Notes under the pieces: model-generated
The model's input: the letters and a program-made list of their open reading frames with translations, nothing else
Told to the model about the DNA's origin: nothing
Databases searched by the model: none
In this document: one piece after another, positions 43,464 through 53,912 of the stretch
Numbering within the stretch: position 1 is the stretch's first letter
How the letters are laid out: each line of letters begins with the position of its first letter
Program-made: the position numbers and the translations under genes
NCBI GenBank assembly: GCA_029858285.1
Contig: JAOUFN010000005.1
Location: 75,294 to 139,293 of the forward strand
DNA length: 64,000 nt
Reading direction: 5' to 3'
From: Nitrospirota bacterium
GTDB lineage: Bacteria; Nitrospirota; JACRHL01

Positions 43464-43670
43464 ATGAAAGCACTCTGGATTCCGGAATTGATTCTGCTGG
43501 CCGCGGTGGCCACTGGCTGCACCACAAAGCCCGGCATGATGATGGATGATCCCATGCCTGCCAACATGTCTGGAAACTCGATGGAAATGCCCATGACCGA
43601 TGCCGCGACATCGGGCGGCATGTCGGGGGGCAACATGTCCGGGGACGGCATGATGATGGACGGCAAGTAG
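43464..43670 (+). CDS. Small Met-rich lipoprotein (68 aa)
   Basis: GGAG SD, signal MKALWIPELILLAAVATG-C, 13 Met in the 50-aa mature part. Buried at the end of a spurious 539-aa ORF. Confidence 0.75.
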   Translation: MKALWIPELILLAAVATGCTTKPGMMMDDPMPANMSGNSMEMPMTDAATSGGMSGGNMSGDGMMMDGK

Positions 43671-43706
43671 CCGCCCACCCACCCCCGGTAGGACCGAAGG
43701 GCGGGG

Positions 43707-46316
43707 TTATCCCCGCCCTTCCGCGCTCACCACGAAATTACCGTCCTTCACATCCACGGTCAGGTGGGCGCCGTCGGGTACTCCGCCACCGATCAGGGCG
43801 CGGGCAAGGGCCGTTTCCATGCGGTGCTTGATGAAGCGCTTCAACGGCCGCGCTCCGTACACTGGATCGTAGCCCTCTGTTGCCACCAGATTTTTGGCTT
43901 CCGGCGTCACCGTCAGGGTCATTTGGCGGTCGGTCAGGCGGTGGCCCACCGCCTCCAGCAGCAAGTCCACAATGTGCACTACTTCGCCGGGGGTGAGAGG
44001 TTTAAAGAGCACCACGTCGTCCAGCCGGTTCAAAAACTCCGGGCGGAAGTGTTGCCGGAGTTCGTCCATCACCTGCCGCCGGGCGTTTTCGGAGATGTGT
44101 CCCGCGTTGTCGATGCCCTCCAGCAGGTGCGGGCTGCCGATGTTGCTGGTGAGGATCACCACCGTGTTCTTGAAACTCACAGTGCGGCCGTGGCTGTCGG
44201 TCAAACGGCCATCGTCCAGCAGTTGCAGGAGGATGTTGAACACCTCCGGGTGGGCCTTTTCCACCTCGTCGAACAGCAGCACGCTGTAAGGACGGCGGCG
44301 TACCGCCTCGGTGAGTTGCCCTCCCTCTTCAAAGCCTACATAGCCGGGAGGGGCACCCACCAGCCGCGACACCGCGTGGCGCTCCATGTATTCGCTCATG
44401 TCGATGCGGATCATGGCATCCTCGCTGTCGAACAGGGACGCCGCCAGGGTGCGGGCCAGTTCGGTCTTGCCGACACCGGTGGGGCCGAGGAACAGGAACG
44501 ATCCAATGGGGCGACGCGGGTCCTTGATTCCTGCGCGGGCACGGATTACCGCGTCGGCCACCGCCCGCACCGCCTCGTCCTGCCCTACCACCCGGCGGTG
44601 CAGAATGTCGTCCAGTTTGAGCAATTTTTCCCGCTCCCCTTCCATCAGGCGGGTGACCGGGATGCCGGTCCAGCGCGCCACCACCTGGGCGATCTCCTCC
44701 TCGGTGACCTCCTCCGACAGCAGGCGTGGGCCGGTGTCCTCGTGTTGCTGGGCGGCGGCCAGTTGTTTTTGCAGTTCCGGAAGGTGCCCGTATTTCAGTT
44801 CCGCCACCTTTTCCAGGTCGTAGGCCCGCTCGGCAGTGGCGATCTCGTAGCCTACCCGCTCAATGGCGCTTTTCAGGTCGTGGACACGGCTCACCTCCGC
44901 CTTTTCCTTTTCCCACCGGGCGCGCATGGTTTTGGCCTGTTCGGACAGGTCGGCCAGTTCCCGCTGCAGGTGGCTCAGCCGCTCGGCACAGGCCGGGTCG
45001 TTCTTCTCCTTTTTGAGGGCTGCCTCCTCGATCCTGAGGCGCATCTCCCGGCGGGTGATCTCGTCCAGTTCGGCGGGCATGGAGTCGATTTCGGTGCGGA
45101 TGCCGGCGCAGGCTTCGTCTACCAGGTCGATGGCCTTGTCCGGCAGGAAACGGTCGGCGATGTAGCGATCACTCAGCCGTGCGGCGGCCACGATAGCTGC
45201 GTCCTGGATGCGCACCCCGTGGTGGACTTCGAAGCGCTCGCGCAGGCCGCGCAGGATGGAAATGGTGTCGTCCACGTCCGGGGGCACCACCAGCACCGGC
45301 TGGAAACGCCGCTCCAGGGCGGCATCCTTTTCGATGTATTTGCGGTACTCGTTGAGGGTGGTGGCGCCGATGCAGTGCAGTTCGCCCCGCGCCAGCATGG
45401 GCTTGAGCATGTTGCCTGCGTCGGTGGAACCATCGGTGCGCCCGGCGCCGACGATGGTGTGCAGTTCGTCGATGAACAGAACGATGCGCCCTTCGGCGGC
45501 CTTGATCTCGTTCAGTACTGCCTTGAGCCGCTCCTCGAACTCGCCCCGATACTTGGCGCCCGCCATCAGGGCGGTCATGTCGAGGGCAAAGATGGTGCGG
45601 TCCTTGAGTCCCTCGGGCACATCTCCTGCCACAATGCGCTGGGCCAGCCCCTCGACAATGGCAGTCTTGCCAACACCAGCCTCGCCGATGAGCACCGGGT
45701 TGTTCTTGGTCTTGCGGCTGAGCACGCGGATGGTCTGGCGGATTTCGGTATCGCGGCCGATCACCGGGTCCAGTTTGCCCTTTCTGGCTTGCTCCACCAG
45801 ATCAATGCCGTATTTTTCCAGTGCTTGGTACTGGCCTTCCGGGTTGTCGCTGGTGACCCGTTGTTGGCCGCGCACCCCGGCCACGGCTTTCAAAAACCCG
45901 TCGCGGGTGAGTCCGGCATTTTTGAGTGCCTTGCCGGTGGCGGTTTTGCCGCCCTCGGCCAGGAATGCCAGCAGGATGTGCTCCACCGAGACGTATTCAT
46001 CCCGCATGGCGCGTGCCTCATTATGGGCGGCCACCAGCAGGGCGTTGAGGCGTTGGGTGACATAGATTTTTCCCGCCTCGGTGGCGCCGCCGGTGACCTG
46101 GGGGCGCTTTTGCAGATCGGCGGCCACCGCCCCCTGCAAGGCGGCAATATCCACTTCGGTCCGGGTCAGAAGTCGCGGGGCGAGGCCATCGGCGTCCTTG
46201 AGCAGGGACAGAAACAGGTGCTCGCCGTCCACTTCCTGGTGGTGCATGGACAGGGCGGTTTCCTGTGCGCCCTGCACAGCCTCGCGGGCCTTGAGGGTGA
46301 ACTGGTTCAGATCCAT
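43707..46316 (-). CDS. clpB: Chaperone ClpB
   Basis: Two AAA modules ([16 protein letters not shown]), coiled-coil M domain, YGARPL. Confidence 0.96.
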   Translation of the reverse strand: MDLNQFTLKAREAVQGAQETALSMHHQEVDGEHLFLSLLKDADGLAPRLLTRTEVDIAALQGAVAADLQKRPQVTGGATEAGKIYVTQRLNALLVAAHNEARAMRDEYVSVEHILLAFLAEGGKTATGKALKNAGLTRDGFLKAVAGVRGQQRVTSDNPEGQYQALEKYGIDLVEQARKGKLDPVIGRDTEIRQTIRVLSRKTKNNPVLIGEAGVGKTAIVEGLAQRIVAGDVPEGLKDRTIFALDMTALMAGAKYRGEFEERLKAVLNEIKAAEGRIVLFIDELHTIVGAGRTDGSTDAGNMLKPMLARGELHCIGATTLNEYRKYIEKDAALERRFQPVLVVPPDVDDTISILRGLRERFEVHHGVRIQDAAIVAAARLSDRYIADRFLPDKAIDLVDEACAGIRTEIDSMPAELDEITRREMRLRIEEAALKKEKNDPACAERLSHLQRELADLSEQAKTMRARWEKEKAEVSRVHDLKSAIERVGYEIATAERAYDLEKVAELKYGHLPELQKQLAAAQQHEDTGPRLLSEEVTEEEIAQVVARWTGIPVTRLMEGEREKLLKLDDILHRRVVGQDEAVRAVADAVIRARAGIKDPRRPIGSFLFLGPTGVGKTELARTLAASLFDSEDAMIRIDMSEYMERHAVSRLVGAPPGYVGFEEGGQLTEAVRRRPYSVLLFDEVEKAHPEVFNILLQLLDDGRLTDSHGRTVSFKNTVVILTSNIGSPHLLEGIDNAGHISENARRQVMDELRQHFRPEFLNRLDDVVLFKPLTPGEVVHIVDLLLEAVGHRLTDRQMTLTVTPEAKNLVATEGYDPVYGARPLKRFIKHRMETALARALIGGGVPDGAHLTVDVKDGNFVVSAEGRG

Positions 46317-46438
46317 AGGTGAACATCCATGGTTTCGCCGCCGCACGACGGGGGGTGGTTTCAAATGGGCTGCCGTCGCCCGCTGATTTATTTAAGCCAG
46401 TTTGGGTGTTTGGCAAGTCCACATCACACAACTTGTTG

Positions 46439-46475
46439 AAAAATAAAAAGGCCGCTCCCCCCGACGGGAGCGGCC
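46439..46475 (-). terminator. Rho-independent terminator after hsp20
   Basis: GGCCGCTCCC/GGGAGCGGCC stem followed by TTTTTATTTTT on the minus strand. Confidence 0.75.
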
Positions 46476-46528
46476 ACACGGAGACCCGCTGCAAACGGCG
46501 TCGCGCAACCCATGCCACACGACGGGCT

Positions 46529-47026
46529 TCAGGCAGCCTTTTTGATTTCGACCTTGTGCACCGGCACCCGGGCCGCTTCGGCCTTGGGGAGAGTGACGGT
46601 CAGCACACCCGTTTTGAAGGTGGCGACGGCGTTCTCCACCTGGACTTCGCACGGCAGGGGGATGGTGCGCTGGAACGAGCCATAGAAGCGTTCGGTGTGG
46701 GTGTACCCCCCTTCCTCGCGCATGGTCTCCTCCGCCTTTTTCTCGCCCCGGATGGTGAGGGTGTCACCTGTGAGGGTGATGTCCAGGTCTTTTTCCTCCA
46801 TTCCCGGGAGTTCGGCGGAAACGAGCAGTTCGGTACCCTTTTCCACCATGTCCACGCGCGGAGTGAAGCCGCGCACGCTGGATTCCATGTGGTGAAGCGG
46901 CCCCATTGGCCACCCACCCCAAAAGGAGTCAAACAGCCGGTCCACCTCTTCCCGGAGCGCCAGAAGGGGTGATTCCATGGTGCGAACCGGCACCCCCCTG
47001 CGCCCAAAATGAATCAGATTGCCCAT
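46529..47026 (-). CDS. Hsp20/alpha-crystallin small heat shock protein
   Basis: PRVDMVE, AELPG, ERFYGSFQR, ATFKTGVLTVTLPK. GGAGG SD. Confidence 0.95.
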   Translation of the reverse strand: MGNLIHFGRRGVPVRTMESPLLALREEVDRLFDSFWGGWPMGPLHHMESSVRGFTPRVDMVEKGTELLVSAELPGMEEKDLDITLTGDTLTIRGEKKAEETMREEGGYTHTERFYGSFQRTIPLPCEVQVENAVATFKTGVLTVTLPKAEAARVPVHKVEIKKAA

Positions 47027-47112
47027 GATGACCTCCACAAACGGTACGGTCGCCACCCCGAAGGGCCGGGCCAACCCCGGCGGGGGCAACGCCGATTGGA
47101 CTCTCTACTCTG

Positions 47113-47141
47113 TTTGTAATCCTGCTCCGGAGGTGTGTCAA
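47113..47141 (-). promoter_or_regulatory. hsp20 sigma70-type promoter TTGACA-N17-TACAAA
   Basis: Consensus -35 with exact 17-nt spacer. Confidence 0.6.
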
Positions 47142-47244
47142 TGAGATCAGGGAATGAGACCGGGCGGTGGGAGGGGTATGTTGTCTGCCGGGTTTGGTGG
47201 GTCCATACTGGGACGGGACCGACAACCTTGGATGGAGGGAGATC

Positions 47245-48063
47245 ATGTCCATGAGCGTATCGAAGACATTGTCTTGGGGGGTGGCGGGTTTGGCTGCGGT
47301 TATCCTGCAAATTTCGTGGGTTAGCCCGGTTCCGGCCACCGAGATCATTAATCAGGAAATGGGCGATGTGGCCGTCAAGCTGATTGCCGCCACCACGCAT
47401 GCTTCCACTCTCGAACAGGAAATCCAGGTGTCCGGGGCGGGCAGCATGAGTTCTCCCGCTGCCACGGACGGTGGCCGGGATGCCCGCATGGAGCAGGGTG
47501 AGCACGATTTGGTACGGGAGGAGGTGTCCCCACAGGTGGCGGTTGCCTCAAAAATATCGCCGGGGGAAATCACCCCAGGCGCCCAGTCCGCACTGAAGGA
47601 ACTTGAGTCCACCATGCAGCAGGTCAAGGCCCTGTCCAAAGGCAACGAGTATCTGGACCCGGGTGTCGAACACGTTCTGGCAAACGTCCGCCGCATTGGC
47701 TCAGGAAAGGCTCTGCCCGCCGACGCCGACGTTCTTACCCAGGAAATTGCCATCGAACTTTCCGCGTTGACCAGCAACGCCCGGATTCTCCAGGCCGAGG
47801 GGTACCTGCGTTCCGCCGCAGCCTCCTTTGGCAAGGAGCCTGCCTCGAAAACCAGGGGGTATTTTGCGGCGGCTGCCGATGTTCTTGGCGATGCCCAGAT
47901 GCGGGGCGCCTATCACCTGGATGATGATATCGAAGCGGTCCAGATGACACTGGAACGTTTGTCGGGGGACGTGGCGATATCTGCCACAGTGGACTCCGCC
48001 GCGGTAGATCAACTGATCTCTGACCTGCACGCGCACCTCTCTGACCTGCGCGGGGGAGACTGA
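47245..48063 (+). CDS. Secreted helical hypothetical protein
   Basis: GGAGG SD, signal-peptide-like N-terminus, Ala/Leu/Asp-rich helical body. Confidence 0.65.
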   Translation: MSMSVSKTLSWGVAGLAAVILQISWVSPVPATEIINQEMGDVAVKLIAATTHASTLEQEIQVSGAGSMSSPAATDGGRDARMEQGEHDLVREEVSPQVAVASKISPGEITPGAQSALKELESTMQQVKALSKGNEYLDPGVEHVLANVRRIGSGKALPADADVLTQEIAIELSALTSNARILQAEGYLRSAAASFGKEPASKTRGYFAAAADVLGDAQMRGAYHLDDDIEAVQMTLERLSGDVAISATVDSAAVDQLISDLHAHLSDLRGGD

Positions 48064-48121
48064 CCGGGGAAGCCCGAACGGGGGCTGGGTCACGGCGCTT
48101 TGCCGTCGTGACCCGCCGCCG

Positions 48122-49819
48122 TCAAAAATACGCCTTCAGCACATACTGCTGAAGCATGCGCTGGGTGTTGAAAAAGGATGCGTTCAGGGCGATGGTGTGG
48201 CGCATGATGTCGGTAAAGTGCTGCTGTCCGTCGGTGAACAGGGGTGCGACGTCGTTCTCCAGCCGCGTGTAGAGGTGGTCTGCGTCCGCCGCGTGGTCGG
48301 GCGCCTCGCCCATCGTGTGATTGCGACCGTTGCTGCCAATGGCCCAGCCGGTGACGCCATCGATGCATCCTTCGATCCACCAGCCGTCCAGTATCGACAG
48401 GGACGGCACGCCGTTCACCGCCGCCTTCATACCTGACGTTCCCGAAGCCTCCAGGGGCGGCTGGGGAGTGTTCAGCCATACGTCTACTCCGGCGGTCAGC
48501 AGTCGACCCAGTTCCATGTCGTAGTTGGGCAGAAACACCACCCGCACGGTGTTCTTCAGCGCCTCTGCAGCACCGAAAATTCTGCGGATGATCTCTTTTC
48601 CATCTCTGTCCGCCGGGTGCGCCTTGCCCGCAAACACCACCTGTAGCCCGCCCGCCGCGCGGCCAATGGCCGCAAGGCGCGGCAGATCCCAGAACAGCAA
48701 GTCAGGGCGCTTGTAGGGTGTCATGCGGCGGGCAAAGCCGAGGGTGAGCTGTTCGGTGGAAAACCCCACGTTGGTGAGCTGGTTCACTTGCCGCATCAGA
48801 GCGGATTTGGCCTGCTGGTGGGCGTTCCACACCTCTTTCCGGGGAATACCCAGGGCGTAGCGGAGGGAAAAACTGTCCTCGCGCCAGCCGGGAATGTGGG
48901 TGTCGAACAGGGCCGCGAATGGTGGAGACGCCCAGGTGGCCGCGTGGACGCCGTTGGTGATGGAGTCGATCACATAGTGCGCGAACAGATGGTTCGATAC
49001 TTCTCCGTGCTTCTTGGCCACGCCGTTCACGTAGCTAGACAGGTTGAGGGCAAGGAAGGTCATGTTCAACTCCCCCTCGCAACAGAAAACGTCCTTCATG
49101 TCGAATTCGCCTCGTGGCCCCAGCACCCTGGCGACCAGGTCCATGGGGTAGCGGTCGTGGCCTGCGGGCACCGCCGTGTGGGTGGTGAATACGCAATATG
49201 GCCGGACGGCGTGGATATCGGTCATATCCGGTGCCGTGCGCCCCTCGGAGCGCATGCGCTCGGTGATCAGCTCCAGTGTGAGCAGGGCTGCGTGGCCCTC
49301 GTTCATGTGGAAGCGGGCGATACCGGTGTGCCCCAGGGCTCGCAGGATGCGTACCCCGCCCATGCCCAGAACCACTTCCTGACAGAGTCGGTAGTGGGCG
49401 TCGCCGCCGTAAAGGTAGTGGGTGAGGGTGCGGTCCCAGGGGGCGTTTTCCGGCAGGTCGGTATCCAGCAGCAGGACTGGAACCTCCTGACCGGTAGTGC
49501 CGGTGGTCACATTGCGCCAGGCGCGAACCACCACGGGTCGCCCCTCCACGGTCACCGTGGCGCGGGTGGGCAGTTCATCGAGGGAGTCGGCTGGGTTCCA
49601 TTGGGCCGGTGCCTCGGTCTGCCCGCCTTCCGAGTTCAGGGTCTGGAAGAAATAGCCTGCGCGGTGCAGCAGGGTGACTGCGACCATCGGCAGGCCCAGA
49701 TCGGCGGCGGCGCGCACCGTGTCACCCGCCAGAACCCCCAGGCCACCCGCATAGGTGGGAAGATCATCCCGCAGGGCGATCTCCATGGAAAAATAGGCGA
49801 TACGCGGGGTGTCCACCAC
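48122..49819 (-). CDS. glgP: Alpha-glucan (glycogen) phosphorylase, short form
   Basis: [27 protein letters not shown]...[18 protein letters not shown] (PLP Lys). Confidence 0.93.
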   Translation of the reverse strand: MVDTPRIAYFSMEIALRDDLPTYAGGLGVLAGDTVRAAADLGLPMVAVTLLHRAGYFFQTLNSEGGQTEAPAQWNPADSLDELPTRATVTVEGRPVVVRAWRNVTTGTTGQEVPVLLLDTDLPENAPWDRTLTHYLYGGDAHYRLCQEVVLGMGGVRILRALGHTGIARFHMNEGHAALLTLELITERMRSEGRTAPDMTDIHAVRPYCVFTTHTAVPAGHDRYPMDLVARVLGPRGEFDMKDVFCCEGELNMTFLALNLSSYVNGVAKKHGEVSNHLFAHYVIDSITNGVHAATWASPPFAALFDTHIPGWREDSFSLRYALGIPRKEVWNAHQQAKSALMRQVNQLTNVGFSTEQLTLGFARRMTPYKRPDLLFWDLPRLAAIGRAAGGLQVVFAGKAHPADRDGKEIIRRIFGAAEALKNTVRVVFLPNYDMELGRLLTAGVDVWLNTPQPPLEASGTSGMKAAVNGVPSLSILDGWWIEGCIDGVTGWAIGSNGRNHTMGEAPDHAADADHLYTRLENDVAPLFTDGQQHFTDIMRHTIALNASFFNTQRMLQQYVLKAYF

Positions 49820-49844
49820 GTGTCCGGAGCCGGACACCGGGGTG

Positions 49845-50123
49845 CTATCGGGCTCCGGACAGGCGCTTGTCGACGATTGATTCGGCGCGGAACCAGTCGT
49901 CCTGCTCCGCGCCGCTGCCAAAGCCCCGTTGCTCGGCGAGCAGGTAGGCCAGTTCGGCGATCATGTTGTGGCGCTGCTCGACGCTGACGGTGGGGGTGGT
50001 TCCGCGGGCCGTCTTCGTGCGTGACGGAGCGGATGCCTTCTGGCCTGCCGCCTTTTGGGTTTCCACCGTCTGACTGGAATGATTGGCTGGTTTGCCGCGC
50101 CGGGGCTGTTCCGTACGATTCAT
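49845..50123 (-). CDS. DUF2934 domain protein
   Basis: [13 protein letters not shown]...DDWFRAE motif. GGAGG SD. Confidence 0.85.
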   Translation of the reverse strand: MNRTEQPRRGKPANHSSQTVETQKAAGQKASAPSRTKTARGTTPTVSVEQRHNMIAELAYLLAEQRGFGSGAEQDDWFRAESIVDKRLSGAR

Positions 50124-50267
50124 TGTTGTCCCTCCCGATACCACCACCGCGCAGGGGAGCGCCACCGTTTGGGGACCGCCACCCTGCGTGTGCGGTGGTC
50201 CACTGTCATTAATCCACAGGAGAGAGATAAAGGCAAGCCTCGAACAGCCGGGTTGGGACCACCTCTG

Positions 50268-51251
50268 TCAGAAGTGGGAGCGGATGATTTGGGCCAGGGC
50301 CTCAATGTGGTCGGGGCGGTCGCCCAGCGCCGGGATGTAGCGCAACTGGCCGCCCCCGGCTCGCTGGAAATGCTCTGCGGCGGTGGCGGCGATTTCCTCC
50401 AGGGTTTCCAGACAGTCGGCGGGAAAACCGGGGCAGAGGATGTCCACCGCCGACGTGCCTGCCCGCGCCAACCCGTCGAGAATCTCGTCGGTGTAAGGTT
50501 GTAACCACTCCTCGCGGCCGAAGCGGGACTGGTAGGTCTGCCGCCATTTTTCCAGGGGCAGCCCCAGTGCCTGGGCCAGTAGGTGCGCGGTGACTTCGCA
50601 TTGACCGGCATAGGGATCGCCCCGCTCCCGGAAACGCGCTGGAGTGCCGTGAAAACTCATCAGCAGCAGGTTCCCAGGGGGGCTTTCTTGCCAGGCCTCG
50701 CGCACGCTGGCGGCCAATGCCTCGATGTAGGCCGGATGGTCGTGGTAGTCGTGTACCAGCTTCACGATGGGTGCCTCTGTCCAGCCCTTTACTGCGGCCA
50801 GAATGGCATCCTGCGCACTCAGGGTGGTGGCTTGGGAGTACTGGGGGAAGAGGGGTAATGCGACCACGTTGCCGCATCCCTGGGCGACCAGTTCCCGCAG
50901 CCCGGAAGCGATGGAGGGGGTGCCGTAGCGCATGCCTACCACCACTGGCACCGGCTGGTCACGGCCGTGGGAAAGTGCCTGTGCCAGTGCGGCGGCCTGA
51001 CTGCGGGCCATCACCAGCAGGGGTGAGCCTTCGGCAGTCCAGATTTTCTGGTAGAGGGCGGCAGAGCGGGCCGGGCGGGTGCGCAGGATGCGCAGGTGCA
51101 GGATCAGCCACCACAGGGGGCGGAACACGTCCACCACGCGCCGGTCCCACAGGAACTCCGCCAAATAGGTGCGCAGGGCCTCCTGGGTAGGGGCCTCGGG
51201 CGTCCCCAGGTTAACCAGCAGCACCCCTCTGTTGCCCCGCGTCATCTGCAT
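50268..51251 (-). CDS. hemH: Ferrochelatase
   Basis: LLVNLGTP, GSPL, MRYG.P, SFHG, QSRFG.EEWL.PYT, DCLETLEE. Confidence 0.96.
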   Translation of the reverse strand: MQMTRGNRGVLLVNLGTPEAPTQEALRTYLAEFLWDRRVVDVFRPLWWLILHLRILRTRPARSAALYQKIWTAEGSPLLVMARSQAAALAQALSHGRDQPVPVVVGMRYGTPSIASGLRELVAQGCGNVVALPLFPQYSQATTLSAQDAILAAVKGWTEAPIVKLVHDYHDHPAYIEALAASVREAWQESPPGNLLLMSFHGTPARFRERGDPYAGQCEVTAHLLAQALGLPLEKWRQTYQSRFGREEWLQPYTDEILDGLARAGTSAVDILCPGFPADCLETLEEIAATAAEHFQRAGGGQLRYIPALGDRPDHIEALAQIIRSHF

Positions 51252-51299
51252 TCCGCGTTCCCCCCGCTGAACCTTCGGCACAGTCACCGATGGCGGCGT

Positions 51300-51761
51300 T
51301 CACCCCTTGCGGCTGGTGGTTTTTTTCTTTGCCGCGACCTTTTTGGCCGCCGTCTTTTTGGTTGTGGTCTTTTTTGCGGGGGCAGACTTGCTGCCGGACG
51401 TTTTTCTGCTGGTTGGCTTTTTGGTCGCGGCCTTCTTTGCCGCAGCCTTCTTTGCCGGGGATTTTTTGGTCGCGGTTTTTTTGGCGGCTGCCTTCTTGGC
51501 GAGCTTGGCCGCCGGGCGACTGCCAGCAATCTGAATCTGGTAGTTCTCGATCACCGGGCTGGCCAGCAGTTCCTCGCACATGGCGGTGATCCGTTCGCGG
51601 GCCTGGCGCGCGTCCCGGGCGTCCAGGTCAATCTCAATGAACTTGCCGATGCGGACTTCGTTCACTCCGGCAAAGCCCAGGCTGTGAAGGGAGTGCTGCG
51701 TGGCCTTTCCCTGGGGCTCCAGCACGCCGTTCTTGAAGGTGACAGTTACGGTGGCCTTCAT
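51300..51761 (-). CDS. purS: PurS with a C-terminal Lys/Ala-rich histone-H1-like tail
   Basis: Residues 1-79 are PurS (GVLEPQG, VRIGK, LLASPVIENY). Residues 80-153 are KKxxx repeats. Confidence 0.9.
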   Translation of the reverse strand: MKATVTVTFKNGVLEPQGKATQHSLHSLGFAGVNEVRIGKFIEIDLDARDARQARERITAMCEELLASPVIENYQIQIAGSRPAAKLAKKAAAKKTATKKSPAKKAAAKKAATKKPTSRKTSGSKSAPAKKTTTKKTAAKKVAAKKKTTSRKG

Positions 51762-51773
51762 GGTGGGGTCCTT

Positions 51774-52484
51774 CTAGATTTCACCGCACACGCGGCGGGC
51801 GACTTCGGCGTAGGATTCCTCGATCTTGCCCAGATCGCGCCGGAAACGGTCCTTGTCGAGCTTTTCGGATGTGTCCATGTCCCATAGGCGGCAAGTGTCG
51901 GGGCAAATTTCGTCGCCCAGCAGCAACTCGCCCTTGTGCATGCCGTATTCAACCTTGAAGTCCACCAGGCGGATGCGGCGTTCGACAAAAAAATCGGTGA
52001 GCAGGCGATTGATCTTGCGTGTGGTTTCGCGCATCTGCTCAAGCTGTGCCGGGGTGGCCAGCTCCAGCATGAAAATGTGCTCATCGCACAGCATCGGGTC
52101 GCCCAGGGGGTCGGACTTGTAATAGGTTTCCACGATCGGGCGCGGCAGGGTGACTCCTTCGTCCAGCCCGATGCGCTTGGCCAGGGACCCCGCGGCGACG
52201 TTGCGGCCAATCATCTCCACCTGCACAATCTTGAGGCGCTTGCAAAGCATCTCGCGGTCATTCAGGCGTTTGACAAAGTGGGTGTGGATGCCGTTTTCGC
52301 CCAACATCAGGAACAGCCGCTCGCTGATGCGGTTGTTGACCACCCCCTTGTGTTCGATGATGCCCTTCTTCTTGCCGTCGAAAGCGGTGGCCTCGTCCTT
52401 GAAATACTGAATCACCAGATCGGGATCATCGGTAGTGTAGAGAATCTTGGCCTTGCCTTCGTAAATCTTGTCGCGCTTTTCCAT
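51774..52484 (-). CDS. purC: SAICAR synthetase
   Basis: YEGKAK, RNVAAGS, LVDFKVEYG, DEICPDTCRLWD, DKDRFR. Confidence 0.97.
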   Translation of the reverse strand: MEKRDKIYEGKAKILYTTDDPDLVIQYFKDEATAFDGKKKGIIEHKGVVNNRISERLFLMLGENGIHTHFVKRLNDREMLCKRLKIVQVEMIGRNVAAGSLAKRIGLDEGVTLPRPIVETYYKSDPLGDPMLCDEHIFMLELATPAQLEQMRETTRKINRLLTDFFVERRIRLVDFKVEYGMHKGELLLGDEICPDTCRLWDMDTSEKLDKDRFRRDLGKIEESYAEVARRVCGEI

Positions 52485-52582
52485 TTGAAATGCCCTGAAT
52501 CGGAGATGCAATGAACGGTTTCCCGGGGAACACGGAAACCACAAAAGTATTCCGGCAGTCGGTGGCCTCGATAACGGGGAGT

Positions 52583-53884
52583 CTATAAACGTCCAAACAC
52601 ACGGCGGTAGATTTCATCCACGTGCCGCAAATAGTAGGCGGCTTCAAAACACTTGTCCACCGCTGCCTCGGGCAGCCAGCGGCACACGTCCGGGTCGCGC
52701 TTCAGTCGCTGCTGGAAGGAGCCGCGTTCCTGCCACGCCTCCATGGCATTGCGCTGCACCCAGCGGTAGGCCTCGTCGCGGGGTGCCCCGGCCTCGGCCA
52801 GCGCCAGCAGCACCCTCTGGGAATAGACCAGACCGCCGGTCAGGTTGAGGTTGCGCTGCATCTGTTCGGGGAACAGTCCCAGGTTACCCAGGATGTGTGC
52901 CATGCGAGCCAGCATGTAGTCCAGAAGGATGCAACTGTCGGGCAGGATCACCCGCTCCACCGAAGAGTGGGAAATGTCGCGCTCGTGCCACAGTGCCACG
53001 TTTTCCAGGGCGGCCACGGCGTGACCACGTAGCAGGCGCGCCAGCCCGGAGATATTTTCGGAGCCCACCGGGTTGCGCTTGTGGGGCATGGCGGAGGAGC
53101 CTTTCTGTCCGGCCACGAAGCCCTCTTCCGCCTCCAGCACCTCGGTGCGCTGCAGGTGGCGGATTTCCACTGAGATGCGTTCCAGCGCGGCACCTATCAG
53201 GGCGATAGTCTGCACGAATTCGGCGTGACGGTCGCGGGGGACCACTTGGGTGGAGACGGGCTCGGCTTGCAGTCCGGCCATTTTGCAGATATCGGCCTCC
53301 ACATCCGGCCCCAAGTGGGCAAAATTGCCCATGGCTCCGGAGACCGCCCCCACCGCCACCCGGTCCCGAACCGCTGCCAGGCGGCGGCGGCCCCGGTCCA
53401 ACTCTGCGTACCAACTGGCGAATTTCAGGCCAAAGCTGATGGGTTCGCCGTGGATGCCGTGGGAACGTCCCACGCACGGCATGTCGCGAGTTTCCCGGGC
53501 GCGGTGGCGGATCACATCCAGCAGACCGTCCAGGTCGGCCAGTAACAAGTCGGCGGCGTCACGCATCTGCATGCCGAGGGCGGTGTCCAGCACGTCGGAA
53601 CTGGTCAGGCCCCAGTGCATCCACTGGCGCACCCCTTCGGACAGGTTCTCGGTGACCGAGGTGACGAAGGCGATCACGTCGTGGCGGGTGGTGGCCTCAA
53701 TCTCGGCGACACGCGCCACGTTGATGGTGGCCTTCTGTTCCACCTCTTCGACGATGCCGTCAGGGACGATGCCGCGCTGGTTTAGAGCCTTCAGGGCATA
53801 CAGTTCGACCTTGAGCATGTAGCGGAAGCGGGCCTCTTCGGACCACAGGCGTCCCATGCGGGGCCGGGTATAGCGTTCGATCAT
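52583..53884 (-). CDS. purB: Adenylosuccinate lyase
   Basis: MIERY, HWGLTSSD, GRSHGIH, GSSAMPHKRNP, WHERDISHSSVER. Confidence 0.97.
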   Translation of the reverse strand: MIERYTRPRMGRLWSEEARFRYMLKVELYALKALNQRGIVPDGIVEEVEQKATINVARVAEIEATTRHDVIAFVTSVTENLSEGVRQWMHWGLTSSDVLDTALGMQMRDAADLLLADLDGLLDVIRHRARETRDMPCVGRSHGIHGEPISFGLKFASWYAELDRGRRRLAAVRDRVAVGAVSGAMGNFAHLGPDVEADICKMAGLQAEPVSTQVVPRDRHAEFVQTIALIGAALERISVEIRHLQRTEVLEAEEGFVAGQKGSSAMPHKRNPVGSENISGLARLLRGHAVAALENVALWHERDISHSSVERVILPDSCILLDYMLARMAHILGNLGLFPEQMQRNLNLTGGLVYSQRVLLALAEAGAPRDEAYRWVQRNAMEAWQERGSFQQRLKRDPDVCRWLPEAAVDKCFEAAYYLRHVDEIYRRVFGRL

Positions 53885-53912
53885 GGCGCTCTCCCTCGGA
53901 CAAAAACAGGGG

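Noticed and set aside
43764..46322. 852-aa ORF antisense to clpB (similar long antisense ORFs over yyaL, fhs, mfd, degP and the HEAT/HD-GYP genes)
   Set aside because: Shadow frames expected from high-GC codon bias. No recognisable motifs, and each is fully opposite a well-supported gene.
47090..47125. CIRCE operator at hsp20
   Set aside because: Only one degenerate half-site (TTGGACTC) with no matching arm at N9.
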